Below, in pieces: positions 31,791-46,985 of a stretch of DNA of 64,000 nt. Origin of the DNA: Eledone cirrhosa (Eukaryota); contig OZ024740.1 in assembly GCA_964016885.1 (NCBI GenBank), positions 68,634,001-68,698,000 of the forward strand, in the 5' to 3' direction. The notes beneath the pieces are model-generated. The model was not told where the DNA came from. It did no database searches and saw only the letters and a program-made list of their open reading frames with translations. A program made the translations under genes and the position numbers. Numbering within the stretch: position 1 is the stretch's first letter; every line of letters starts with the position of its first letter.

Positions 31791-32879
31791 TGATGTTCGT
31801 TTAATGTATAAAGTAATTAATTTGTATAAACTCTAAATGAATTATGAATAATGGACGAATACGAGATTGATAGTAGGAGGAGTGAATGTGTCTTTTACTT
31901 TTGCTTATTGACCACCATAAGAGAACATGGTTATTTTAAAGAAAGAGAAAGATATGGGGGTGGGGGCGAGTGTGACGTAGGAAGAGAGAGATTGAGAGAA
32001 AAATAGAAAAACGAATCGAAACTTATTTTAAAGAGGAAACCTTTAATTTGACAGGTAGCAGAGTCGGGCTTAATGAAGGAGAGGTGGTTTGGCACTGAGA
32101 GTAGTGTGGACATGAGAATGAGAGTTGTGTATGAGCACGAGGAAGAGAGCGAGAGAGAGTGAGAGAAAAAGAGAGGTAAAATAGTGTGTGTTAGTGCATG
32201 TGTGTAAAAGATAGAGAGAGAATGATTTGTGAAGGATTAATGGGGGAGTGTGTGTGTTTATGTGAATGTGAGAGAGAGAAAGAGAGAAAGTTGTGAATAA
32301 AGTACCGTGTGTGTGCTTGAGAGAGAGAGAGGAGGTGAGAGAGAGGGCGAGAGAGGGAGAGAGAATGAGGGAAAGTTGTGAAAGAGTGTCGTGTGTGTGT
32401 TTGTTTCTTTGTATTTGTTTCACAGTGGCAGAAAAAGAGAGAGAGAGGTAAAATGAATGAAATACACAAAGTAAATGAGATCTAGAAAATACAGTGAGTG
32501 AGAGAGAGAGAGAGAGAGAGAAAGAGACAGTGAGAGACTGAGAGAGAGATGCGTTGTGTTTTTATTGGAGAAAGAGAGAAGAATGTACAGGTGGATTGTA
32601 AACGTAGAAAATGGAAAGGTAGTAAGATAAACGCGTATAGTAAGATAGAGAGTAAGATGCGGTCGATTGAAATGGAGAGAAAATAAATGAATGAATAAAT
32701 AACTAAATGAATAAATAAATACCAACAGCAAACAACAAGAAGAAAATATATAGGTAAATAAATAAACAACTGATATTGCGAATCTATAAATAAGCTCTCA
32801 AAGACTAAAACGAAAAATAAATACAGATATAACAATGTCATGAAAAGTTTATGTAAATGAATGGCAAATGAGATGGAAG

Positions 32880-33250
<371 letters not shown>

Positions 33251-33299
33251 AGAGTTCAGTAGAGCAACAGATAGATTTAATGATTCAATTCAACCTTTC

Positions 33300-34757
33300 A
33301 ATATAGTGAGTGAATTCTAAAAGCGAGCGAGCGAGCAATTTTCGGAAAGACGGAAGAAATCAGGAACTACAATCGTCGACAAGTTGTGTTTTTACTAGGA
33401 GAGAGAGGCAGTTTAGTTAGTGAGATAGATAGAACTAGAAAAGCATGCAGTGGTGACGAGTGCACTGCAGTGCTGTTGCTTTCATAGTGGACAGATTACA
33501 ATGCAGGAAGCTTGTGAAAATTTGTGGCTGATGAAGAGGAAATACCGAGAGAATAACTAGATTTACGTGGGAAACAAAGTCATTTTTTATATCGAAATAT
33601 ACATATGTATGTAATCACACCCATTCAGGAGAAAAAACATTAACAACAACAATAATAACAAACGGAGCAGCAATAAAACAGTAATAACAACAAAAGGTAA
33701 CATGACTCGCTTTACATGCATCAATAATACGAGCAGCTGCAAAGGTACTTTGGCACATTTGGATGTTTTAATGTGAATTTAAAAGTTGAAAATAGACGAT
33801 ATATACACATTAATACGTTTTATAAATATATATACACATAAATACGTTTTATATGTGCACACGTAGAGAAACTATTTCACATACACATAACTATTTCCTC
33901 TCTCTCTCTCTTTCTCTTTCTCTCTCTCCCTCTCACTCCCTTTGTATATATAAACAGATATACAGAGGTCTCTCTCTCCTTACTCTCACTCATTCTATTC
34001 TCTACTCTCTCCCATCTTTCCCTATTTCCCCCTATATATATATTTTCCCTCGTATAAATATATATATATATGAGTGGGTGTGTGTGAGTGTGGGTGTGAT
34101 TACATACATATGTACATGCATACATACATAGAGACATACATACATACATTCATACATGTACAATTTCCAACATTTTGGTTATGCGCACCGTGCCGTGCAC
34201 GAAAAATAAACAGAAAAGAATTGAAAGTTTAACTACTACTACTACTACTACTACCATCAGTGACATTTGTTTTTGTTTTAGTTAATGTGTATATATGGAT
34301 TCATTGGTCGGATGCATTAATCAAAACGATTGTTATTATTTTTATACACAAATATTAATTCATTCTCGAAATTTAACATGATGTATGGGAAAGAGATAGG
34401 TCAAGACCGTCTTCAACTAATTGGTAATTAATTGTTATTGGATATATATATAGATATATATATATATATAAACAAACAAACAAAGAGATAGCCAACACTA
34501 AACACAACATTTGTTGTGAAGATAAGATTTTTGCAAAATGTGCGCTAATGAATTGCTGCCATCTACAGTATATATATATATATATACATATTAACTCATA
34601 TAATAATATTAATAATAACATTGATAATAAAAGAAGCAATAAAAAATAAATCGACCCACAATATGAGCGAGAAATCAAAAACTCTAAGACAAGAAAGGAG
34701 TATCATGAGAGGACTGTGATCGAACCGTGAAAGTGTTTAATATATATCTTCAGCAGG
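33300..34757 (+). other. Candidate 5' non-coding exon region of HS3ST, downstream of a long GA-rich tract
   Basis: TE-poor sequence after (GA)n at ~32.9-33.25 kb, ending in a donor-like cagcag|gtatgc at 34757/34758. The transcription start is unknown. Confidence 0.3.
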
Positions 34758-35149
34758 TATGCTTTGAATTTTTAAAAGAAAACTATAATGTTTTGTTAAC
34801 ACAGCTACGTACTTTATTGTGTATGTTCTTACCCTTTTTTTACTCCAGAGCCTTCTGTTGTTATAGAGTGAGTGAAGTGGGATTAATGAATGAGTAAACT
34901 ATGTGTATGTCCGAGAAGTAAACCTTATATATAAAACAATACTTTTAATTACTAAAGGAAACCATAGGAGGGGGCGAATGATTAATATAAAAAAATAACA
35001 CCCTGTTATATGCATACAAATAAAATAAAACGTCTGCATGTCCAACATATGATACAAGGGAACGAACCACCGGAAGTGCTTTTGTTATATCACATAACTG
35101 TGGGTTGTGGATTAGCACTATCGGTAAAACTTTGAACTTTATTCTTTGT

Positions 35150-35700
35150 GGCACATAGCTACGGCCCTATACCCTCTGAGATTAAATCTCGCCGAGGTCA
35201 GTTTTGTTTTTCATCCTTATACCGTCGATAAAATTAAGTACCAGTAACGCACTAAGGTATGTTTAATCGAATTTCTCCTCTCCAAAAATTGTTGGTATTG
35301 TGTCAAACTCAGTACCTATTACATTTCATAAACGAACGTTGAGGATTGGTAGTACCCGAGGTGAAATTTAGCTTTCATCCATACGAGGTCGATTACATAA
35401 TGTACCAGTAAGACACTGGGGTCGATTTAGCCTTCTTCATCCTTCCCGTCAAATATCTGAGCTTGTGCCGAAAGTAGCAACAATTATATCGTATAAATTT
35501 AACGTGTGTTTTTTCTGAATATAATAGGCACTGTAATGTTGGAGTTTTGGGGAATATATTAATATGCAGCTGTAATTATAAACGGATTGTTTATACTTTA
35601 CATATTTATTGTTATTATTATATTCATATTACGGGGTCGAAAAAATAAAGTACCAGTTATTCACTGGGTAATTGCTGGCCTTGTGCCTAAAGAAGAAACA
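35150..35700 (-). mobile_element. Cluster of diverged short interspersed repeats; related copies near 10.4, 24.95, 38.5, 40.0, 43.2, 47.9, 56.4, 61.0, 61.7 and 63.5 kb
   Basis: Recurrent motifs cacaaggccagcaatt, actggtactt..ttatcgac and gatgaaa..aaa..gacctcggcg.gatt. Confidence 0.65.
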
Positions 35701-36099
35701 ATTATTATATTCATACCTAATAATAAATAAAATAAATAATTGAAACAAAGATCAGTAAATAAAAATAATTCATTATTGTAATCATACTTTCCCCTTGTAT
35801 GCTCTAGGACTATAATGATATTTAGATTTGTGGGTAAAAAGTGTGTCTTAAACAGATAACAACAGTACTCCTGGTTTTCCTTTCGTTTCCTTTTTTCAAC
35901 TTTATTTATTTTAGACTGGAAACACAGAGGTGTAAACTTGTTAGGTAAACAAATTTCGATATGCCCAGACAAACCTATGGTATTTCCGAACGATATCCCT
36001 CAGCTATATAACAATTGTTAGGTGGTCATAACACGTCGTAGAATGAATCATGTCAATTTCTCTTTTCAAAACATGCTTGAATACGCTGCAATATGATAG

Positions 36100-36120
36100 C
36101 TTTTTTCCTTCTTTTTTAAG
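36100..36120 (+). other. Splice acceptor for the HS3ST coding exon (exon ~36121-37641)
   Basis: Polypyrimidine tract and AG: cttttttccttcttttttaag|gtatgg, 166 nt upstream of the start codon. Confidence 0.6.
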
Positions 36121-36283
36121 GTATGGCGTTACGTGATGGTCACATTGTGTATACATGTATAACATAATGATACTTAAAGAAGAATATATATGGATTTAGT
36201 AACGCTTTACTTCGATGGTGAACAGCGTGTACAGAATGGGCTATTAGCGCTTCAACAAATTGGACCCAGCAATCAACAATTAA

Positions 36284-37642
<1,359 letters not shown>

Positions 37643-37679
37643 TAAGTCCATCTTGAAACATGAATTTGCTGTGCTATAG

Positions 37680-38190
37680 TCATCTGCTCATCACCGTCAT
37701 AGTCATCCTCGGCATCATCGTATTAGTTGTCATCACCTCCGTCGTCAGTGTCATCGACATCATCATAATCATCATCAACATCTTCACCATGGTGATCCTG
37801 GTGGTGATGGTGGTCATGGTCGTCATCGTTTCCTTCGTGGTTGTTGTCATCATCACAATTACTATGATGATCATCATCATCATCAACATCGTCCCATTGG
37901 CATCAATTTCACCAAGGTCATCAAGGTCGTGAACATCACTAATGTCATCAACCTCATCAACGTCTTCAATGTCATCATCATAATCATCATCATCATCAAC
38001 ACCTCCACCACCAAACCACCAACGTCATCATAACCACCAGCATCCCTATCGTCCGCCTCCACTTCATCATCTTCATAACCACCACTATTACTTCCCTCCT
38101 CCTTCTCCCCATCATTAACATCATCACCATCATCACCATCAGCAGCAGCATGGTCTCTGTTATCACTATTAGAATTATCAACAGCAACAT
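37680..38190. repeat. Degenerate (CAT)n tract at the intron start
   Basis: Direct observation. Confidence 0.9.
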
Positions 38191-39475
38191 CTATCATACA
38201 TTTTCAATTGCATCACTTTTCGATGTTGACTCTTCATTGGTTTTTCTACATGCCTTGCTGTATTTAGCTCCATCCCTTTGCATTCTCATTTCAAATCCCA
38301 CCTTCACCAGCTTGTTATTTTCTTTTGCATGCTCTATCAAAATAATGTTGTGTGAAAAACTCGTATTTGATATCTATTTAATTATTGCGTATTTGATTTC
38401 GTATTTCAAAATATATTTTATTTATATAGTATGGTTGTAAATTGGCAGAATCAATGGAGTGTCGGATTAAATGCCTCGTGGTATTTGTCTGGATTTTCTT
38501 TGTCCTATGCTCACTACCCGACGAAGTAGATGTTGCCTCTTTTATTCTGTAAAATAATAGTTCCGAGGATTGTTTTGTAGAACTTTTAGAACGTGGAACA
38601 TTCTCTAATAATTCTTTGCAATCTCTCTTCCAGCATTTATGTTTTCAGCTCACTTTTAGTGACATTGTCTTTTCCTTCGACAACATCTGTGAACTAAAGA
38701 CATCAGACGTAAAACTCATTTAGCTTCAAAACTTATTAGAAACTGAGGTTCGAAGGAGAACATTTTTCTCTGTATATGTTTATACTCACACTAACCGGAC
38801 CCAGACAAAAATACATTTAAACATACACAAATATAGTCACATGCAAAACAAAAATAACATAAAAGAATCGAATTGCTTTTAAATGCATCTATGTTTTGGA
38901 CATCCATATGTTTAGCTAAACAAATTCCTAATTATAATATATGTTCAGGCTCTTTTGTTTCTGAGTTCTATTACACTCTGGCACAATTATATGGTAGCCT
39001 TAATTGCTCAGTTTAACATTCTATGTTGAGTTTTGCAGTGTTAACTTTGTTGCAATATTCGGACCTATTCTACACTTTGGGAATTCAATCCTCTCACTTC
39101 CATTAATCTGAGAATGGTCATGGAAACCGTCCTTCTTTGTCTAACTAAACACTATAAAATTACACTATAAAAATTTGGTTTCATGCTATACAATAAGACG
39201 AAACAAACTAATTACCGGTTGCTCAATATGTTATATGTTATGTTTTAGGCAGCGCCCACATGACCATTTTCATAGACTGTATGACTCATAATAAACAGTG
39301 AAGTTTTCCATTGACTGGAGACTGGACTCTTTTAGATCACATTAAACTTACAACGCTAACGTCTGAACTAACTTTATTACGGGCTTACACAAATTTTCTT
39401 TCTACAGAATTTCTTTCACAAATCTTGTCAAGTGATGACTAAGGTAGAAAACACGCGCCTAAGGTGCTGCGTAAA

Positions 39476-39735
39476 CTCCTCAAATACCGGTCGCTCTCCG
39501 ACAGGTTTGCGGTTGTGTAGTACCCTGGGCAGTAGAGACTTCTGCTGTCTTCAGCCCTAGGCTACCTCCCTACTCACCACCATAGGCGCTGAGCTGGCCA
39601 GCCGCAGGTGTGAGCGTCGCCAGTTGGAGTGGCATTTCCAGCGCGTCTCCGTTGCCGCCCTCCTGGGAAACGCCTTCTCCTTTCTATCCACCGGGGCTGT
39701 GGGGAGAGAGGAATTTGTTAAATTATTTCAATAGG
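39476..39735 (+). mobile_element. CRE-like non-LTR retrotransposon 3' end (restriction-like endonuclease tail)
   Basis: A GC-rich island translating across frameshifts as KYRSL / VPWAVETSAVFSP / LLTTIGAELA..WHFQRVSVAALLGNAFSFLSTG. This resembles the CRE C-terminal pattern KY..P.AVET.G..QR.S.A..RGNA. Confidence 0.6.
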
Positions 39736-40379
39736 CAGATAACCGGGTGACACCGCTTCCATAGGAAGTTTCCCTCCGAAGCACGAGCCCGGGCAAAGTT
39801 TGTTTGTGGAAAACCAGCAGTCGCTCATGTATGCCAGTCTCCATTAATAGTCACTAACTGTTTGTCAAATTCTAAAAGCTTCACTAGTAAAAGAGGTGCT
39901 GCGTTGTAGGATAGAAAAACATATTTTTAAAGCAAGCTTCTTGATTACATGCCCATGATTGTAGACACAGCGTAGATTGACAGATAAAAATCCCTTATGC
40001 CATTCTTGCAGATTTCTATACGTTCTGAGTTCAAAACCTCTTCCTGTCAATCTTACATTTAATTCTTCTTTGCTCTATGAATGATGTACAATTAACTACT
40101 GGACTAGAGGTAATCAAATATATATTTCAACATAATGAAGCCGTTAATATCATTATTGTCTCTATACAATGAGATTTCCTTTGCAAATATTTCATAAATC
40201 TTGAAAAAGTAAAAGCCACGACGCCAAAGTTACAAGGTTCCTACTTAATCAATTGTTTAACGTCTAGTTGATATGGCAACTGAATGATCATCGTAGAAAT
40301 CAAGGGAGGATCTATCGGTCTATGTAAATCTGAAAAATAAACTGTTGTTAAATTCACCTGCATTTCAGGCAGACACTGT

Positions 40380-41175
40380 TATCTCTCCTCTTCAGTATCT
40401 TCATGAACAGGATTACCATGCGCAGCTGGCTTGAAAGTGACATCATACCTGGCGAGAGCAGGACCAGTCAGCTGAAATTTGCTAGGTTTTCTCCCGGGTG
40501 TTACAGGAGAGGAATGATGTGAAGTCTGAGACATTCGACCTCCGAAGGAAGCCTGCTCAGTGTATCTTACACCAGAATAGAATTCCCCAGAAGCAGGTGG
40601 TGAAGTTCAAGCATATCGGGGATAAAACGTAGGAAGCTGAATTAAGTGCAAGACCTGAGAGAGCTTATGCAGTAATGCACCAGCTTCAGCAATCGATCAT
40701 CAGAATAAGGGAGGTGGGTGTAAAAGCCAAACTTAGTATCTTCAATTCGATATTTGTCAGGAAACTTGAGTAATGACCGATGGAATATGATCGTGAATAT
40801 CAGCGGACGGAATGGGTTTCCTATGAAATGTCATTCAGTAAAATTATTCGATGTAGTTCGAAGCTCGGATATCAGCGAGTGGTTCCAAATTAAGAGGTCA
40901 CAGATCCGATACTACGGACATGTGGTCAGTATGTTTAACATAAAAATCTCTGGACAGTTATTATGGGTAAAATCAATCAGCTTAGACCCAGAGGTTAGAC
41001 ACTGAGCAAGTTGGTTGGGTAATATCTATGAACTCGGCTGTTCTAAATTGAGGTCAAACCGGATTGTAGATCGTTGCTTCTGACCAGGCCCATTGTAATT
41101 CATGCTTTAAGATTCTGCCCCTATGACACTGCAAGGAATAAGTGCGCAAAGAAGAATAATAATAAGAAGAAGAAG
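40380..41175 (+). mobile_element. Second, more decayed RTE-clade LINE 3' fragment
   Basis: REVGVKAKLSIFNSIF and IKRSQIRYYGHVVSM, with an aag/aat tail; similar to 53300-54015. Confidence 0.7.
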
Positions 41176-41456
41176 GCTTCCGCGTAGATTAAATCTAACT
41201 TATTAACAAAACAGTCTATTTTAAACCTTAGACATTAATTATGTTATTATACTGTATATTGTTTCAATTCACAACGTCAATGTTCAATTTTTCGAAGAAC
41301 TGCAAGTTCATCGTAGAAACCGAGGAAGCATCTATTACTATTTATCCTTTGAGAGCATGGATCCCGTCTTTAATCTTATTACTCTACTCTGTATGTTTTC
41401 TTTTAATTTCTCGTAATGCTTCAATTATAGCAGTATTCACATTTCCTCTCAACATA

Positions 41457-41518
<62 letters not shown>

Positions 41519-44500
41519 CGAAATCTTCATATGTTCATAGTTACATAGTTTTCAATGTCCTACTCCAAATAGATCAATATAACATTAAAGAGACATAATC
41601 TATCCGTATTGTAGGTATGTTTATTTCTAATTTGTCTCTCCGTTTATATACGAATGTCTATTGTCATTAAGATAGTTTTTCCTAATTATTATATCTGTTT
41701 ATCTGTTATTCTTTGAGTCTAGGCGCATGTGTGTATGGTGCGGTGTTTGTGTATATGGGTTTATGTGGGTATTTGTCTGTGTATAATTATACATATTCTG
41801 GTTTCGCAAAATTTACATAACTTATAAAAATATTGTCAATTTCTTGTTATTTTTTTCGAGTTACAAATCAAGTTTTTTAATATTATTAAAATCTGAGGTG
41901 ATTTTTTCTGTAAAATCTGTTCATGGGCAATATTTCTCATTTACATAGACGACATGAAGCTATCCCATACTCCGTATTTCATACATACATTGTTAAACTG
42001 TTTTAAACTTCATATAACAGTTACATCAATCCTCTTTAATGTTGAGTATGTAGGGAATCTGCCTGAGTTTATCATCCAGTCTTTCTCTTAAGCTACAGTT
42101 CATTTTTCTTGCTTTTTACAGTTCCTGTGATGTTATTGGTATATTCACCTGTCAGTATATTTCAGATCTTTGTAATGATCATTTATATTACTGATGCAAC
42201 AGTGATTTTCCAGTGTCAGGTGTTCCAGGACATCTGATTATCTGGGTATCATTATGGAGGTACATTGGAATTTCCATGCGACTAATTAATTGAAGTGCAG
42301 ATGTTATTCTGTGACAGTAGAAATAATTTTCGTCACTTTTGTCTTAATTATTAAATTGTAAGGAAAGGAAGAGTGCTTCCGACTTTGTAATATGTTCCTA
42401 GTGACTTATTATATAGTCTAGAAACAGGCATATCTCTTTACCTGTTTCGAATCTAAGGTGCTAGAAAATCGGTGTTTGTTAATATTTTTTTTATTAATCT
42501 TGATCTTAGAAATAAATTAAACGTTTACTTCTTTTATTTCCCTCTTCGAAAAGGGAATTAAATTATTCAAGGTTAAACAATGTCGTACGATGATCCAATC
42601 AGGACCGGCTGGCTGAATCCTGATGGAGGAACATTCCCTCGTTAATCTCGACCGATTTCTGTTTGATTTCGGTAATATTAGGGATGTAGCGGTATTTACT
42701 ATGCTTGGCCAATTGCGGGTTGGTGAGGCTATTTAACCCAGAGTTCGGATGGAAGGCCGTTGAATCTGCTGAGAACATATGGTCTTTTTACAGCTCTTGT
42801 TTTTATGCTACTGGGGTTCCATTTACCCTCCTCACACGACCAGGGTCTGGTGGAGGAGCCGGTTTAGTCACTGACCACCGTTTGTACTGAAAATATTCAC
42901 AGATCATATTTTAATCTAATGATGCTCTTGCATGAGGCTCTGAGTATCCGAATGGATAATATGTCAATGTCTTTACAGTATAGGATGAGCACCATTTAAT
43001 TTGTTTATAGTTTCACAGAATATGTTATGTAAGCATTGCAAATCGTACAAAAGTATTATTTGTATTGACATATGCGGTTACTATATTGCTCACCACAGTG
43101 TGTTCTGTTGGAATTGGTTCAGTGACGGATGAAATGTCATTGAACTCTTTATTCTGGAACTGTACACCCTGAGTTCAAATCCCACTGCGGTTAAATTGGG
43201 CTTTCATAATTCTGATGTCTATAAAATAAAGTACTGGGACTGATTTGATCAATTTCGCTCTTCCCTCAAATGTGCTTGCATGGTGGCTAAATTGGAAATA
43301 TTATTGCCTATTGTTTTAATTTTAACTAAAGAAAAATAATTATAATAGGCCGGATTGCAAAGTTCATGTATTATTTCTCCCTCCTCTAAAGATCCTAACT
43401 CTCTCTCCCGACCGCCACTCTCCTTCGTTGCCTTGTCAGATTTGTTGGTCGCTAGCAATCAAAGATATTGTAATACCTTTACTAATTGCATGAAAATATG
43501 AAGTGTCCTTCAAGCTTGTTTTGTTCTCTTCCTTATTTTATACTCAAGACTAACAAGCATAGAATAGTTTGTAATATACACGTGGACATTTACAAAATAA
43601 TTATTCCATTGTTCTGGCAGAAGAACGACATTTTTCACAGGTCATATGAGACCACTAAGATCGACGTAGTTAGCTTTCTGCTAGAACACGATAAGCTGAT
43701 GCTTACGGACTTTGTATCGTATCATTCTGAGAGCTTTCTATCATTTTGTTTTTATAGTTTAAAGGAGATTGTCATGAAGTTGTTATAATTTTCATACTCC
43801 AACAAAATGAGAAAACAATTGTGTTATGGTAAATCAAATACAATGTTGATATACGCGAATTGCTATTGTTGATCTTTTTTGCGGTTAAATCACCATATTT
43901 AGTACCCCGTTCTTAATTATGTCTTGATTCGGAGGTACATAAAATAAACTAGGTTCTTGGAAACTTTCATTCGTCAGTAGCACAACAAGACACGTAAGGC
44001 CATTTTCCCTTCTAAAGCAGGAGGATAGTCTTGGTGGGTTCGATGATTGGAGTCATAGTGATCCGGGGGTTATTTTATGACAATATTATACAACTAGATT
44101 ATCTTTCTGTTATCAATATTTTCAGTCGCCTCATACGACAAACAAGGATACGTCCAATGCAACTTGTGCAATGACATTTTGCATTATTGACAGAGAAAGT
44201 ATAGGAAAGTAATTAGATCCGTCATATGTTTTTCTTCTCGTGAATATTATTATTCAAGTAAAAGTAAGTAACTAAGAAGTAATTTCGAATTATTCAAGTG
44301 GATGTTAAATTCTCGCGTTATTCAGCTAGGTAGTTTGTCAAACAGCTATCGTAAAACGTGCAAATGTTGGCAAGGCCAACATTTTTAATGTTTCTTTCTC
44401 AAACTGCTTAAGACAAATCTCTAATAAATTGCGATAATGCTTTGAGGAGATTGTACATCAATTTATTTTGTGATCGCATCAAAGTGTTATACTTGTTTAC

Positions 44501-46116
44501 TTATATTTGCCGTTAAATATGGGTTTCAACAATATTTTTATTATTTATTTTGCGAGTACTTTAACTATATCTATTTTGTTACTGCGTATTTTAGCGACAT
44601 ATTTGTGAAATGGCCGGCTTCATCTTTGTTAAAGTTCCCTCTTTTATCTATATGTATGGTTTTGATTCAGATATTCCAATGGTTTTAATGGTGTTTGTGC
44701 ATTGTTCATATTTATCGAAGAAGATGTATTATTCTTATCATTCTGTTATCTAGGTTATCTTACACCGTTCAGTATGTAAAATGAATATTCTGTAATTCAA
44801 TTTAACCTTCCGATCATCTATTATGTGATGGTGACATGTATTGTTTTTATTTATTTCATTTTTTAACAACACATTGCTTATTTACTCACGCAAGCGTATT
44901 GAAAATAGTTTAACTCACTTATACTACAGGTTGTTCACTTGAATTGATATCGAATTCTCCTATCTACATGTCACATCGCGTGTCTCAATCTATGTTTGCG
45001 TTTAATAGTGGGCTTTCTGAATCACTCTTTGTCATAGGTGTTTCTTTGTCCTGATCTTTATCCAGTTCTTAAGTCGTTGATATTATATAGGTCTATTCGT
45101 ATGTAATGTCAAATTTATGTCCAATATGTATCGTAATGCTGCATAAATCCAGATTATTTTCAACTATTTCATCGGAGCTGTGAACAATGAATTAGTAGAC
45201 CCAGCCAAATCGACGGCACGACGTTGTTGGTATTCGCATTGAACCGCTTAAGGCTGATGATCGCCTGGAAGAATTTGATGAGGAACTAATTTTCATAGGA
45301 CTAAGAGATTTGAAAGTGGAGACCACTCAATATGGATAATTATGAGACGATATAGAATTAAACAGATGAGACTCGATAGTCTTACATGAGAACAGCAAAT
45401 TTCAAGTATCAGAGCCGGCCCTAATAATAGCGTAATAAAGAAACTATGTGACGAGGTTTTAGTAGGATGGGCTTGATGTTTTGTCCTCAGTTTAATCTGA
45501 TACGTTTTCGTATTGTGTATAGTGTCTAGTATATTAATATTGCTATTGATATTATCGTTGGTAACATATATAATACATGATTACATATATTAAAGATCAT
45601 AATTAACGCTACCACAATTTACTGCATTCTTCAATAAATTGTAATATACTGTTTGTAGCCTTGATATCCAACTTCCTCAAATAATGCTTTCCATTGGTTA
45701 CTAATATAATCGTCTATGTAGCTGAATATTCGCTTTTCATGATCAGGCGTTCCTTCTTCCATACCGATGAACTCTGCATATAGTTGTTTCAGTATGAATA
45801 GATTCATCGCCTGTATAATATGGTATCATATATAACGGTCATCTATTAGCATCAGATAACGCTTAAATGTCTTTATTTTGTCCATCGCGTTTTCTACTTT
45901 GGCATCTATAGATTGCTCCGTTGTGTACTCCCTTGAACTAGCGTCAATGTTTCCTAGTAAAAATATATGTCTATTCAAAAACAGAAAATATTTGAGTATA
46001 GACATAGAATATTCGAAAATATTCTGTATGTTTATAATAAACATTTTGATGACCTAATCGCTATAGAATAGAATACGTCACGTATTACAATTAGATTCTC
46101 GATAAAAGCAAGGGAA

Positions 46117-46159
46117 GTAATCTACGCGTTTCATTCTTGTTAGAATTCATCAGGACTAC
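46117..46159 (-). ncRNA. Type I hammerhead ribozyme, antisense copies (also 46427-46469 and 46737-46779)
   Basis: Exact reverse complement of the 46943-46985 motif. Confidence 0.9.
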
Positions 46160-46942
46160 ATATCCAGTGCTTTTATCGAGAATGACACAGCTAGAGACTT
46201 ATAGAATACTTAGCTGTGTACTGGAACTGGTTTGAAAGAGCGGTTGCCGGTCCGGCAGAAATTAGAAATTGGAATAAATGCTCTGAAATAGCGATATATA
46301 TGTGAGTATAGACATAGAATATTCGAAAATATTCTGTATGTTTATAATAAACATTTTGATGACCTAATCGCTATAGAATAGAATACGTCACGTATTACAA
46401 TTAGATTCTCGATAAAAGCAAGGGAAGTAATCTACGCGTTTCATTCTTGTTAGAATTCATCAGGACTACATATCCAGTGCTTTTATCGAGAATGACACAG
46501 CTAGAGACTTATAGAATACTTAGCTGTGTACTGGAACTGGTTTGAAAGAGCGGTTGCCGGTCCGGCAGAAATTAGAAATTGGAATAAATGCTCTGAAATA
46601 GCGATATATATGTGAGTATAGACATAGAATATTCGAAAATATTCTGTATGTTTATAATAAACATTTTGATGACCTAATCGCTATAGAATAGAATACGTCA
46701 CGTATTACAATTAGATTCTCGATAAAAGCAAGGGAAGTAATCTACGCGTTTCATTCTTGTTAGAATTCATCAGGACTACATATCCAGTGCTTTTATCGAG
46801 AATGACACAGCTATTTCAGAGCATTTATTCCAATTTCTAATTTCTGCCGGACCGGCAACCGCTCTTTCAAACCAGTTCCAGTACACAGCTAAGTATTCTA
46901 TAAGTCTCTAGCTGTGTCATTCTCGATAAAAGCACTGGATAT

Positions 46943-46985
46943 GTAGTCCTGATGAATTCTAACAAGAATGAAACGCGTAGATTAC
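46943..46985 (+). ncRNA. Type I hammerhead ribozyme (further copies at 47253-47295 and 47563-47605)
   Basis: gtagtc CTGATGA attc-taacaa-gaat GAAA cgcg TA| gattac. Stem I is 6 bp, stem II 4 bp, stem III is the palindrome ACGCGT, and the cleavage triplet is GUA. Stem I extends through an internal loop into ttctcgataaaagca/tgcttttatcgagaa. Confidence 0.92.

Noticed and set aside
37660-38440. Hydrophobic or acidic ORFs after the HS3ST exon
   Set aside because: They derive from the degenerate (CAT)n intronic tract downstream of a strong splice donor.
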